Origin: Candidatus Iainarchaeum sp.
Lineage (GTDB): Archaea; B1Sed10-29
Reading direction: 5' to 3'
Length of the DNA: 58,811 nucleotides
Assembly (NCBI GenBank): GCA_003558235.1
Contig: PWMI01000095.1
Coordinates: 1-58,811, forward strand
This document shows positions 47,867 through 55,871 of the stretch, piece after piece; position 1 is the stretch's first letter, and each line of letters starts with the position of its first letter. The notes under the pieces are model-generated. The model made no database searches and was not told where the DNA came from. It saw only the letters and a program-made list of their open reading frames with translations. The position numbers were made by a program, and so were the translations under genes.

Positions 47867-49351
47867 CTATTTTTTACTTATTTTTTCTACTCCGATCTGT
47901 AGTAGTGAATTGAGTACTTCTTCGTCTTCTTGTTCTTTGGATGCTATTCTGCAGCCTATTGCTAGGTTTTTTCTCATTCCTACGTTGTGTCCTTCGGGTG
48001 TTTCGTGTGGACAGAGTTTTCCGTAGTGTGTTCCGTGGAGGTCTCTTGCTTCGAATATCTTTGCTTTTCCTCTTCCTAGTGGGGAGGTTATTCTTCTGAG
48101 TTGACTTAGTTGTGCTAGGTAGCTGGTTCTTTTGAGAACTTGTGATACTCCTGTTCTCCCTCCTACCCATGTTCCTGTGCTGAATGCGAAGTCTATTCCT
48201 CTTGATAGTGCATCTGGTCTTGTTAGTGTTTTTATTTTGAGTTTTCTTTTTCTTTGACTTGCTCTGTCGACTTGGTACTTTATGTCCTTTAGGAATTTGT
48301 ATAGTGCGGATTTGAACTGCTCCTGCATGAGTCCTCCGGCTATTATTACCCTTTTGTTTGCGTAGTGGTCTCTGTCGCAGGGTTCTTCTTTTCCGTGAGC
48401 TACTTTTATGCATTTTTCAGCCATTCGGACTAGGTAGTATGCTTTGTTTATCCATGAGTTGTTGTCGGTTCCGATGTGTCTTAGTATGTTGTTGTTTATG
48501 TGGTAGTTTACGGTGCTTTCTCTATATTCTTTTTTCTGTCCTCTTGCTACTCTTTTTCCGAATGCATCTACTCCTGTGTCTTCAAATGCTTTTTTTACTT
48601 GTTCTATGTTTAGTAGAACATCGTTTTTTATGTATTCTTTGTCTGAGAATGCGTGTAGTATGTCGCTCTTGGTTTCTAGTCCAAGTGCTCTGAGTAGGTG
48701 TATTAGGTTTAGTCTTCTGGGTCCGTATCGGTAGTTTACTTCTAGTTCTCCGTTGTGTTTTCTTTTTAGTAGTACTCTTGAGCTGTATCCTTCTTTTTGT
48801 GATAGTACGGATGCGCTGGCTTCCTTTTTTCCACTCCTTTCCTTTAGAGTGGTCATGATTCTGTTTTGGGCTCGGTTTTCTATTCCCATGAGTGCTCTTT
48901 CGGTTCCGTTTACTATGAAGTATCCGCCAGGGTCGTCTGGGTCTTCGTATGCATCTATAAGTTCTTCTCTGTTCATCTCTGCTAGGTAGCAGAGCTTGCT
49001 TTTGAGCATGACTGGTAGTTCTCCCACGTACACTTCGTCTTTGTCTATTTCTTCTCCTTCTTGTGTAAGTGCGATTGTCATAAAGAGTGGTGCTGAGTAT
49101 GTTCTGTCCCTTAGTCTTGCTTCGTGGGGGAGTATCTTCCTCTGTGCCCCGTCTGCTTCGGTTATCATGGGTTTTCCTGCTCTTATGTTGAGCAGTTCTA
49201 TCTTCATGTCGTTTTTTCTTGTTTCCATGATGTCCTGTTGTGCTACAGCTTTCTTCATTCCTTTTTCAACGAACTCGTTGTAGGAGTCTATGTTCTGCTG
49301 TATCGGGGGGTTTTCTTTGAGGTATGATTCAACGATGGTCCAGTTGTACAA
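47867..49351 (-). CDS. rpoB2: DNA-directed RNA polymerase subunit B'' (Rpo2N, N-terminal half of a split B)
   Basis: GGYFIVNGTERAL and SQLRRITSPLGR motifs. 494 aa. An 8-nt gap separates it from B'. Confidence 0.97.
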   Translation of the reverse strand: MYNWTIVESYLKENPPIQQNIDSYNEFVEKGMKKAVAQQDIMETRKNDMKIELLNIRAGKPMITEADGAQRKILPHEARLRDRTYSAPLFMTIALTQEGEEIDKDEVYVGELPVMLKSKLCYLAEMNREELIDAYEDPDDPGGYFIVNGTERALMGIENRAQNRIMTTLKERSGKKEASASVLSQKEGYSSRVLLKRKHNGELEVNYRYGPRRLNLIHLLRALGLETKSDILHAFSDKEYIKNDVLLNIEQVKKAFEDTGVDAFGKRVARGQKKEYRESTVNYHINNNILRHIGTDNNSWINKAYYLVRMAEKCIKVAHGKEEPCDRDHYANKRVIIAGGLMQEQFKSALYKFLKDIKYQVDRASQRKRKLKIKTLTRPDALSRGIDFAFSTGTWVGGRTGVSQVLKRTSYLAQLSQLRRITSPLGRGKAKIFEARDLHGTHYGKLCPHETPEGHNVGMRKNLAIGCRIASKEQEDEEVLNSLLQIGVEKISKK

Positions 49352-49372
49352 TTAATGCACCTCTTTTTTGAG

Positions 49373-49627
49373 TTATTTGGATACTAGTCTGTAGTAATGT
49401 GTTTTTCCTGCTGTTGGGCTTTCTCTGGTTATTTTTAGGATTTGACCTTCCTTTGCTTCTATTGCTTTGGCTACGGGGTCGTTTTCTTTTATTGCTGGGA
49501 GTTTTTCTGGTGTTACTCCGTATTTTTCAAGAATTTTCTCTCCTTCTTTTTTGCTGAGGATTTCGTGTTTGGGTACTAGATGGTGGTTCAGCAGTGTGTC
49601 TTTATTCATTCTTTTTCTCCTCGGCAT
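49373..49627 (-). CDS. rpoH: DNA-directed RNA polymerase subunit H (Rpo5)
   Basis: HHLVPKHEILSKKE and ESPTAGKTHYYRLV motifs. 84 aa. Confidence 0.95.
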   Translation of the reverse strand: MPRRKRMNKDTLLNHHLVPKHEILSKKEGEKILEKYGVTPEKLPAIKENDPVAKAIEAKEGQILKITRESPTAGKTHYYRLVSK

Positions 49628-49752
49628 AAAACTCGCTTTCTTTGGTTTTAGGAAGGGTTGTTGGTTTTGATTGGGGGTTTGGTTACTCGTGTTATTGTTT
49701 TTGTTACCGGGTCTTTTTAAGTGTTTCTTTTATTTGTGTTCTTGTAAGTGTA

Positions 49753-49824
49753 CGCCGTGGCCGGGATTCGAACCCGGGTCCCAGCCTCGACAGGGCTAGA
49801 TCCTAACCGCTAGACTACCACAGC
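49753..49824 (-). tRNA. tRNA-Asp (anticodon GTC), no intron
   Basis: Hand-folded 72-nt cloverleaf. GCTGTGG/CCACGGC acceptor; TAGCC-CTGTCGA-GGCTG anticodon arm; CCGGG-TTCGAAT-CCCGG T-arm. Confidence 0.88.
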
Positions 49825-49845
49825 GTCTGTGCTAACTTCTTTCAA

Positions 49846-49956
49846 TCCCGCGAGCAGGATTCGAACCTGCGATCTGCCGCTTACTGCGGCCGTTTAGCCG
49901 GATTGAACCGGTTTGATTCACTACAGGCGGCCGCATAACCCCTATGCTATCGCGGG
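49846..49956 (-). tRNA. tRNA-Tyr (anticodon GTA) with a 39-nt intron at or near the canonical 37/38 site
   Basis: C1-G72 acceptor CCCGCGA/TCGCGGG, the archaeal Tyr identity pair. GCCGC-CTGTAG[39 nt]A-GCGGC anticodon arm; GCAGG-TTCGAAT-CCTGC T-arm. Confidence 0.85.
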
Positions 49957-50022
49957 TTTTTCGGTGTCTTCAATTATTTTTTTACGTTGATTTATTCTTT
50001 ACGGTTTTTGTGTTGAAGTGAG

Positions 50023-50127
50023 TGGGCCCGCTGAGATTTTCATCTTGAGGATCTGCGTCCTCTTCGATTTTGAACTCAGGTCGGGAGCACCCGAAGCTCC
50101 CAGCATGCCAGACTAGCCCACGGGCCC
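50023..50127 (-). tRNA. tRNA-Pro (anticodon CGG), interrupted by a roughly 32-nt intron in the T-loop
   Basis: GGGCCCG/CGGGCCC acceptor; GGAGC-TTCGGGT-GCTCC anticodon arm; T-stem CTGAG/CTCAG enclosing TTCAA[32 nt]AT. Confidence 0.82.
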
Positions 50128-50130
50128 GGT

Positions 50131-50457
50131 TTAATCGAAGATTGCGCCCATTCCTGCTACTGCGTTTTCTTCTTCTTCTTTTATTGCTTTCAGTACTTTT
50201 TCTTTCTGCGTTCCTTCTGCTTCTTCTACTCCTTCGACCATTATCTTCTTTTCGTTTCTATCGAAGAAGTCTTCATCTGCTTTTATGTGTAGGTATGTTC
50301 CGTCTTCATCCATTCCTAGGGATCTTGCGTCTCTTAGGGTGTATCCTTGTCTTTTGAATTCGTTTATTTCTTGTTCGTCTCCGACCATGTCGTCCGCGTC
50401 AAGTGCTTTGTTAACATCTTTCAGTGCTTTTGACTTCACTTTGTATACTTTATCCAT
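50131..50457 (-). CDS. Hypothetical small acidic protein with a ribosomal-stalk (P1/P2)-like C-terminal tail
   Basis: 108-aa ORF with a GAGGTG RBS (50465..50470). The C-terminus KEEEENAVAGMGAIFD mimics the acidic-run plus GxGxLF[GD] stalk tail. The N-terminal 80 aa are unrecognised. Confidence 0.6.
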   Translation of the reverse strand: MDKVYKVKSKALKDVNKALDADDMVGDEQEINEFKRQGYTLRDARSLGMDEDGTYLHIKADEDFFDRNEKKIMVEGVEEAEGTQKEKVLKAIKEEEENAVAGMGAIFD

Positions 50458-50524
50458 CTTTTTTCACCTCTAAAACTAGGTCTTTTTTGTTTTAATGAAC
50501 TTGGTTACTTTTATTGCTCGGCTG

Positions 50525-50534
50525 TTTTATAAAT
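50525..50534 (-). promoter_or_regulatory. Candidate TATA box for the 50131..50457 gene and the downstream tRNA cluster
   Basis: The minus-strand reading ATTTATAAAA lies about 70 nt upstream of the ATG, in a 102-nt intergenic gap. Confidence 0.4.
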
Positions 50535-50559
50535 GTAGAGTGGTTTTCGAGTCATCTGT

Positions 50560-51480
50560 TCACACGCTGTTTATGTATGTGTAAGCTTCCTTTATCGCTC
50601 TTGATCCTTGGTATGCTGCGGTGATTATCTGTTTGAAGTTGTTGTCTGTTACGTCTCCTGCTGCGTAGATTCCTTTCACGTTGGTCTCCATTTTCTCGTT
50701 GATTACGATTGCTCCCATCTTGTTGACTTCTATTCCAAGGTCTCGAGTGATCTCGGTTAGGGGCACTCCACCTATAGATATGAATAGTCCTTCGAGTTCC
50801 AGTTCGTCGCTCCCTTCGTGTTCTCTGTCGAGCTTAACTTTCTCCATCATCTGTTCTCCTATTATCTCCTTTACGTTTGTATTGTTTATTACTTCTATCT
50901 TTCCTTCTTCAACTTTTTTCATGACTCTCTTTTTGAGTATTGGTTCAGGGTGTATCTCTTCGCCCCTGTATATTATGTAGACCTTTTCAGCGTGTTCTGA
51001 TAGGAGCAGGGCTTCCTTTGCTGCTGCGTCGGATCCTCCCACTACTCCCACTACTGCATCTGCGAATAGTGGAGCGTCACACACTGCGCAGTAGCTGACA
51101 CCTTTTCCTCGAAAGTCATCTTCTCCTGGGACATTGAGTTTCCTTACCTGTGTCCCGGTGGCTATTAGAACGGATTTAGCTTCATACTCTTTCCCAGACC
51201 TCGTGAATGCTTTGAATCCCTCCTCTGATTTCCTTATGATCACTATCTCCTCGTCTTTCTCTACTGGGACATCGAAAAGATCGAGGTGGTCTTTGAATGC
51301 ATTGATTGTTTCCTGGCTGTTTTTTCTTCCAATTCCAGGGTAGTTCTCTACTTTCGGAGCGTCTTTGATGGTTCCTCCGATGTTCTTGGTCACTATGACT
51401 GTGTTTAACTTGTATATCGCGCTGTATATCCCCGCGGAGATTCCTCCGGGTCCGCCACCTATTATCAGTAGATCATGCAT
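50560..51480 (-). CDS. trxB: Thioredoxin-disulfide reductase-like flavoprotein
   Basis: LLIIGGGPGGISAG FAD motif, redox-active CAVCD, and a second GGSDAA dinucleotide motif. The start is set at MHDLL (the track ORF extends to 51579). Confidence 0.88.
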   Translation of the reverse strand: MHDLLIIGGGPGGISAGIYSAIYKLNTVIVTKNIGGTIKDAPKVENYPGIGRKNSQETINAFKDHLDLFDVPVEKDEEIVIIRKSEEGFKAFTRSGKEYEAKSVLIATGTQVRKLNVPGEDDFRGKGVSYCAVCDAPLFADAVVGVVGGSDAAAKEALLLSEHAEKVYIIYRGEEIHPEPILKKRVMKKVEEGKIEVINNTNVKEIIGEQMMEKVKLDREHEGSDELELEGLFISIGGVPLTEITRDLGIEVNKMGAIVINEKMETNVKGIYAAGDVTDNNFKQIITAAYQGSRAIKEAYTYINSV

Positions 51481-51626
51481 ATTCTCATCTCTCTTTATTG
51501 AAGTTATATGCTCTGTTGAATTATAAATAAATGATGTTGTATGTCCCACAAATACACTTCTCTCGGTTTTTGTCTTCACCCAGTCAACCTTTTTAACTGC
51601 AAGCGATTAATTGAGGTGGTGGTGAG

Positions 51627-52937
51627 ATGAAGTACAACCAAAAGGATTCGCTCAGAACACATAAAAACTGTGATATAGTCACGGGAACCAGTTTGGTGAA
51701 CCCGGAACACGTTTCTCCTTCAGGCATATGCTCGATATGCACCATGGAAGGAAACTGCGAGGTGGGTAAAAAAGCCAAGACAGGGGAAACCCTCTTTCCG
51801 AAGCCGTTCGGAACAGCCCAGTTCGGAGCTGAGAAGAAACTTCCATCTATAGAAGATCTACAGATACTTCCTAGGTTATACGGTCCAAGCATGGACTTCG
51901 AGGAGATAAAGACAAGTACAAACATAGGTAGCTTTAGGGTTTCACTACCAATAGCCGTAGCATCTATGGGTTCAACACAAGTAGCTCACAACTGCGGGGA
52001 GGCGCTCGCTGAAGGTGCTGCGAGAGCAGGGATACCCATGGGAGTAGGAGAGAATGTTTGGGTTACATACGGGGAAAAAGAACTTAAGAAAAGGATAAAA
52101 CCATACATGGACAACTACGAAGGAAAAGGTGCACTCATAGTTCAATTAAACGAGAACGAGAGGAAAAAAGGACTAGTGGAAAAAGCATGTGGCCTAGGCG
52201 CACACGCACTAGAAATAAAGCTTGGCCAAGGAGCCAAACAAGAGCTAGGAGGGGAAATAAAGTTCGAGGGAGAGAAAAACGCTAAGAAGTATAGGGAATG
52301 GGGCTACAAAGTCATCGAGAACCTGGATGGAAGCTACCAACGCCACGCCCGGCCAGCTCCACTCAGCAGCGAAGGATTAGAAGACGAAGTCCTTCAGATA
52401 TCCGAGTGCGATAAACCAATATGGGTCAAAACAGGGATGGGAAGGGGAATAATAAGATTAATGAAGAAGATAAACGACATAAACAAGGAATACGGAGATC
52501 TAATAGAAGTGCTCACCGTTGATGGATACGGAGGAGGAACGGGAATGAGCCCATGGCTCATAATGAACGAGATGAACATAAGCAGCGGAGCACTATTCAA
52601 CGCACTGGACTTCAAAACATCCTTCGACGTCGTACTGGCAGGAGGATTCAACTCCGGGCCGGACATAGCGAAAGGAATGATGCTCGGAGCCAAAGGAATA
52701 GCAATGGGAAGAAGCCTCCTCATAGCAGCCAACACGCTCCAAGAAGGCAAAAGGATGGGAGCGGAAGGCGTCATAAACTACGTGGAAGCACTGAAGAAGG
52801 AACTACAGATGATATCCTCCACAGTCAAAAGAGAAAGACTAGAAGAAATAACAGGAATGAAAGAGTACCTCATAGCACTCAGCAAAGAAGCAGAAGAAAC
52901 CTTCGGAATACCAGTCAACACGAAGTACCGACTATGA
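51627..52937 (+). CDS. FMN-binding glutamate-synthase-domain (GltB domain 2-like) protein with an N-terminal Cys cluster
   Basis: KLGQGAKQELGGEI, TVDGYGGGTGMSPW and LAGGFNSGPDIAKGMMLGAKGIAMG match the Glu_synthase FMN domain. The N-terminus carries CSICTMEGNC. Confidence 0.8.
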   Translation: MKYNQKDSLRTHKNCDIVTGTSLVNPEHVSPSGICSICTMEGNCEVGKKAKTGETLFPKPFGTAQFGAEKKLPSIEDLQILPRLYGPSMDFEEIKTSTNIGSFRVSLPIAVASMGSTQVAHNCGEALAEGAARAGIPMGVGENVWVTYGEKELKKRIKPYMDNYEGKGALIVQLNENERKKGLVEKACGLGAHALEIKLGQGAKQELGGEIKFEGEKNAKKYREWGYKVIENLDGSYQRHARPAPLSSEGLEDEVLQISECDKPIWVKTGMGRGIIRLMKKINDINKEYGDLIEVLTVDGYGGGTGMSPWLIMNEMNISSGALFNALDFKTSFDVVLAGGFNSGPDIAKGMMLGAKGIAMGRSLLIAANTLQEGKRMGAEGVINYVEALKKELQMISSTVKRERLEEITGMKEYLIALSKEAEETFGIPVNTKYRL

Positions 52938-53010
52938 AGAACAAGTAAAACCTCAACTTTTTTACACCACGAACACACTGATATCAAAGAAAGATCGAAA
53001 GGAGAGAAAG

Positions 53011-53949
53011 ATGTCACAAAGCAACAAGAAGTACCTGGAGACACTGAGACACCAAAAATACAAGGTAATAGGGAAGAACCAACACTCCGCAGTCAAAACA
53101 TGCCACTGGACCAAGGAATCAATAAAATGCAGAGGCCAATGCTACAAAAAAGACTTCTACGGAATAGACACACACAGATGCCTACAGATGACGCCGAACA
53201 TATACTGCAACCAAAGATGCATCTTCTGCTGGAGAGCATGGGAAGATTCCCCCACGCAACACAAAGCAATGAAGTGGGACGAACCAACTCAAATAGTAAA
53301 TCAATCCATAGAAGCACAAAGAAAACTCCTATCAGGACTGGGAGGAGTCCCCAGCATGATAGACAAAGAGAAGTACGAAGAAGCACAGAAACCCACTCAA
53401 GTAGCCATAAGTTTACTCGGAGAACCGACACTCTACCCAAAACTCCCAAAACTAATACAAGAATACCACGAAAAAGGAATGACAACCTTCGTCGTGTCAA
53501 ACGGAATGGACCCAAACATGATCAAGAAGATAAACCCAACACAGCTCTACCTATCACTGGACGCACCCAACCAAGAAACACACCTAAAAATAAACTGCCC
53601 ACAAATAAACAACTCATGGGAAAAACTAAACCAATCAATGAAGAACCTTGGACAGAAAAACAGGAGCGTGGTAAGGATAACAGCGATAAAAGGACTAAAC
53701 ATGACGCAACCCGAGGAATACGCGCGAATAATAAAGGAAAACAACATAGACTTCGTTGAAGTAAAAGCATACATGTACATAGGGTACTCGAGAAAACGCC
53801 TAAACATAGAAAACATGCCCAAACACGAAGAAGTAAGAAACTTCGCGAAACAAATAAACCAACACCTACAATACAACATGGAAGAAGAAAAACCAAGATC
53901 AAGAGTAGTACTACTAGAATCCGTAGAAAAACAAAGAGAGATAAAATGA
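53011..53949 (+). CDS. taw1: tRNA 4-demethylwyosine synthase Taw1/TYW1 (radical SAM)
   Basis: HSAVKTCHWTKESIKCRGQCYK auxiliary-cluster region and the CNQRCIFCWR radical-SAM CxxxCxxC motif. 312 aa. Confidence 0.88.
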   Translation: MSQSNKKYLETLRHQKYKVIGKNQHSAVKTCHWTKESIKCRGQCYKKDFYGIDTHRCLQMTPNIYCNQRCIFCWRAWEDSPTQHKAMKWDEPTQIVNQSIEAQRKLLSGLGGVPSMIDKEKYEEAQKPTQVAISLLGEPTLYPKLPKLIQEYHEKGMTTFVVSNGMDPNMIKKINPTQLYLSLDAPNQETHLKINCPQINNSWEKLNQSMKNLGQKNRSVVRITAIKGLNMTQPEEYARIIKENNIDFVEVKAYMYIGYSRKRLNIENMPKHEEVRNFAKQINQHLQYNMEEEKPRSRVVLLESVEKQREIK

Positions 53950-54524
53950 ACAAAGAAAAACCCAAAGCACTCCTACTCCTAAGCGGAGGAATAGACAGCG
54001 CCGTAGCAGGTAAAATGATGCAGGAAAAAGGAATGCAAGTAACAGCAGTACACTACATAATCAAACTAGTCTCAAAAGGAATAACAGAAGAAAAATGCAG
54101 AGAAATAAGCAACAAACTAGGATTCGAAGAATTAATCGTTAAAGACATAGGAAAAGAAGCACTAAGAATAACAGAGGAACTAAACAGAAGATACTACTTC
54201 GTTCTAACAAAGAGACTCATGCTCAGAGAAGCAGAAAAGATAGCCAAAGAAAAAAGAATACCTTACTTGATAAGCGGAGAAGCAATGAGCCAAGTATCAA
54301 GCCAAACACCCTGGAACCTTAAAGTAATAGACGAAGCAGTCAACATACACGTAATAAGACCACTCATAGGAATGAACAAAATGGAGATAATAAACAAAGC
54401 AAAGGAATACGGAACCTACGAAGCATCAAAAGGCCCAGAAACCTGTGACCTCCTGGGACCAAACAAACCAGTCACCAGAACAAGCATAAAAAAAGTAAAA
54501 GAACTAGAAGAAGAAATAAAATAA
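53946..54524 (+). CDS. ThiI-like PP-loop ATP pyrophosphatase domain protein (no THUMP or ferredoxin-like domain)
   Basis: LLLSGGIDSAVA PP-loop, ISGEAMSQVSSQT and ETCDLLGPNKP resemble the ThiI catalytic domain. Only 192 aa. Its ATG overlaps the taw1 stop (ATGA). Confidence 0.7.
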   Translation: MNKEKPKALLLLSGGIDSAVAGKMMQEKGMQVTAVHYIIKLVSKGITEEKCREISNKLGFEELIVKDIGKEALRITEELNRRYYFVLTKRLMLREAEKIAKEKRIPYLISGEAMSQVSSQTPWNLKVIDEAVNIHVIRPLIGMNKMEIINKAKEYGTYEASKGPETCDLLGPNKPVTRTSIKKVKELEEEIK

Positions 54525-54719
54525 AATGAAAGTTGCAAAAGGTTTTAAACTACTCATCGAACTTAGTAGATACTCCATTATTCCTGTAAACCATTTTCCA
54601 ACTCTCGTTGTCCTCTTCATTCAGATTTTTTCCATTTCCTCTATCATTCATTCATAACCACCTCATCCAATATACAATGTAACACCCATAGTATATAAAT
54701 ATTTTGCATTAAGTGGTCT

Positions 54720-55313
54720 TCAGTTTGAGTAGAGCACAGGTGTTCTGAATCTGATGTCCTTGCGACCATCTCCATGAACTGGGATAACTAACTGCAGGTC
54801 ATCGTTCCAGTCACTCCACTTTACAAGGGCAACGCCACCGTAACCGACGGCTTCTTCGAATGTTTCGTGGTAGTTCAGATTAAGGTCCGGAAAGAATTCT
54901 TCCAACTCCACGTCTTTAACGTAAGTTTGAATCTCAAGGTAACCAAGCTCTTCACTGTAAATCAATCCACCTTCTTCAGCTACCAGTGTGTATCCTTCCA
55001 TCAGTATGACTTCATTAGGACTGTATTCATACTCGTAGGCTCTTCTTCCAATAAGTACAACGTCTAAAGAACCATCTTCCAGTTTTCTTAGAGCTTCGTT
55101 CGCACTTGAGACACTTGAAAAATCGAAGGATTCATCTTCAAGTAGTTCAAGGTAACTCTCCATGGTTGGACAATAACCTAAAGTCACATTCTTTGAGATT
55201 GAAAATGTTGAAACGGCATCACCGGTCGCATTATCAATTTCTCCTAAATGGAAGAAAAGCAATAGGGTGGATATTGTTCCCATCAACAATAAGAGTCCAA
55301 GAAGTTTTTTCAT
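54720..55313 (-). CDS. Hypothetical secreted or membrane-anchored acidic protein (possible solute-binding-like fold)
   Basis: N-terminal signal/anchor MKKLLGLLLLMGTISTLLLFF. The remainder is acidic and soluble. The family was not recognised with confidence. Confidence 0.45.
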   Translation of the reverse strand: MKKLLGLLLLMGTISTLLLFFHLGEIDNATGDAVSTFSISKNVTLGYCPTMESYLELLEDESFDFSSVSSANEALRKLEDGSLDVVLIGRRAYEYEYSPNEVILMEGYTLVAEEGGLIYSEELGYLEIQTYVKDVELEEFFPDLNLNYHETFEEAVGYGGVALVKWSDWNDDLQLVIPVHGDGRKDIRFRTPVLYSN

Positions 55314-55370
55314 TTGGCTACACCATGTTCCACTAAGTGGAAGTTAGGGGATTTATCAATTTAGGTTTTT

Positions 55371-55871
55371 TTATATCTTATCCAGGGGATTGATGCAGCC
55401 TTCTTCGCTCGTTAAGCAGAGTGCTACTTCTTCTAGGATGTTTGGATACATTCTTTCACTGAAACCTGTCCAGTGTTTTTCCCCTATGAAGGTCATTGGA
55501 ACTCCTGTTGCCCTTGTTCCATATGCTTCAGCCATGTCCTGTATTAACTGGATGTTCTCGTTGCTGATGTATGCGTTGACACTCTTCACTTTCACTTCCT
55601 CTACCTCATCAAATCGATCCATGTACTCCTCCTGAGTTTTACAGAATGGGCATCCCTCTCCCCAGAACCAATAGATGGTGACGTTGTTCCGGATGTCTTC
55701 CTTGTTTATCCCCATCTCTTCATAGATGTCTATCTCATCATCATTTTCATTAGGGATGGTGTTGTTATCTTCATTGTTATTCTCCGATATGCAGCCCGTT
55801 AAGGAGATTAAAAGGAATATGCTGATGAGGGCAACGAGGATTACTTCACTTTTTTTCTTCATCTTCATCAT
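55371..55871 (-). CDS. Extracytoplasmic thioredoxin-fold protein (lipobox-like signal, CPFC active site)
   Basis: Signal peptide ending LISLTGC, followed by WFWGEGCPFCK, a thioredoxin/glutaredoxin-type CxxC. Confidence 0.75.
   Translation of the reverse strand: MMKMKKKSEVILVALISIFLLISLTGCISENNNEDNNTIPNENDDEIDIYEEMGINKEDIRNNVTIYWFWGEGCPFCKTQEEYMDRFDEVEEVKVKSVNAYISNENIQLIQDMAEAYGTRATGVPMTFIGEKHWTGFSERMYPNILEEVALCLTSEEGCINPLDKI

Noticed and set aside
46053-49351. The split RNA polymerase B subunit (B'' plus B') as a novelty.
   Set aside because: This is a well-known arrangement in methanogens, halophiles and several other archaeal groups. It is recorded only as an annotation.
50131-50457. Calling this ORF the bona fide ribosomal stalk protein P1 (L12e).
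   Set aside because: - Only the last 15 or so residues resemble P1.
- The N-terminal domain lacks the conserved hydrophobic helical dimerisation pattern.
- The gene is not next to L10/L1/L11.
- It is therefore reported as hypothetical with a stalk-like tail.
51580-51626. The strand-switch point as a candidate replication origin.
   Set aside because: The intergenic gap is only 47 nt. I saw no ORB-like inverted repeats or AT-rich unwinding element, and no cdc6/orc1 gene nearby. It is more simply a divergent promoter region.
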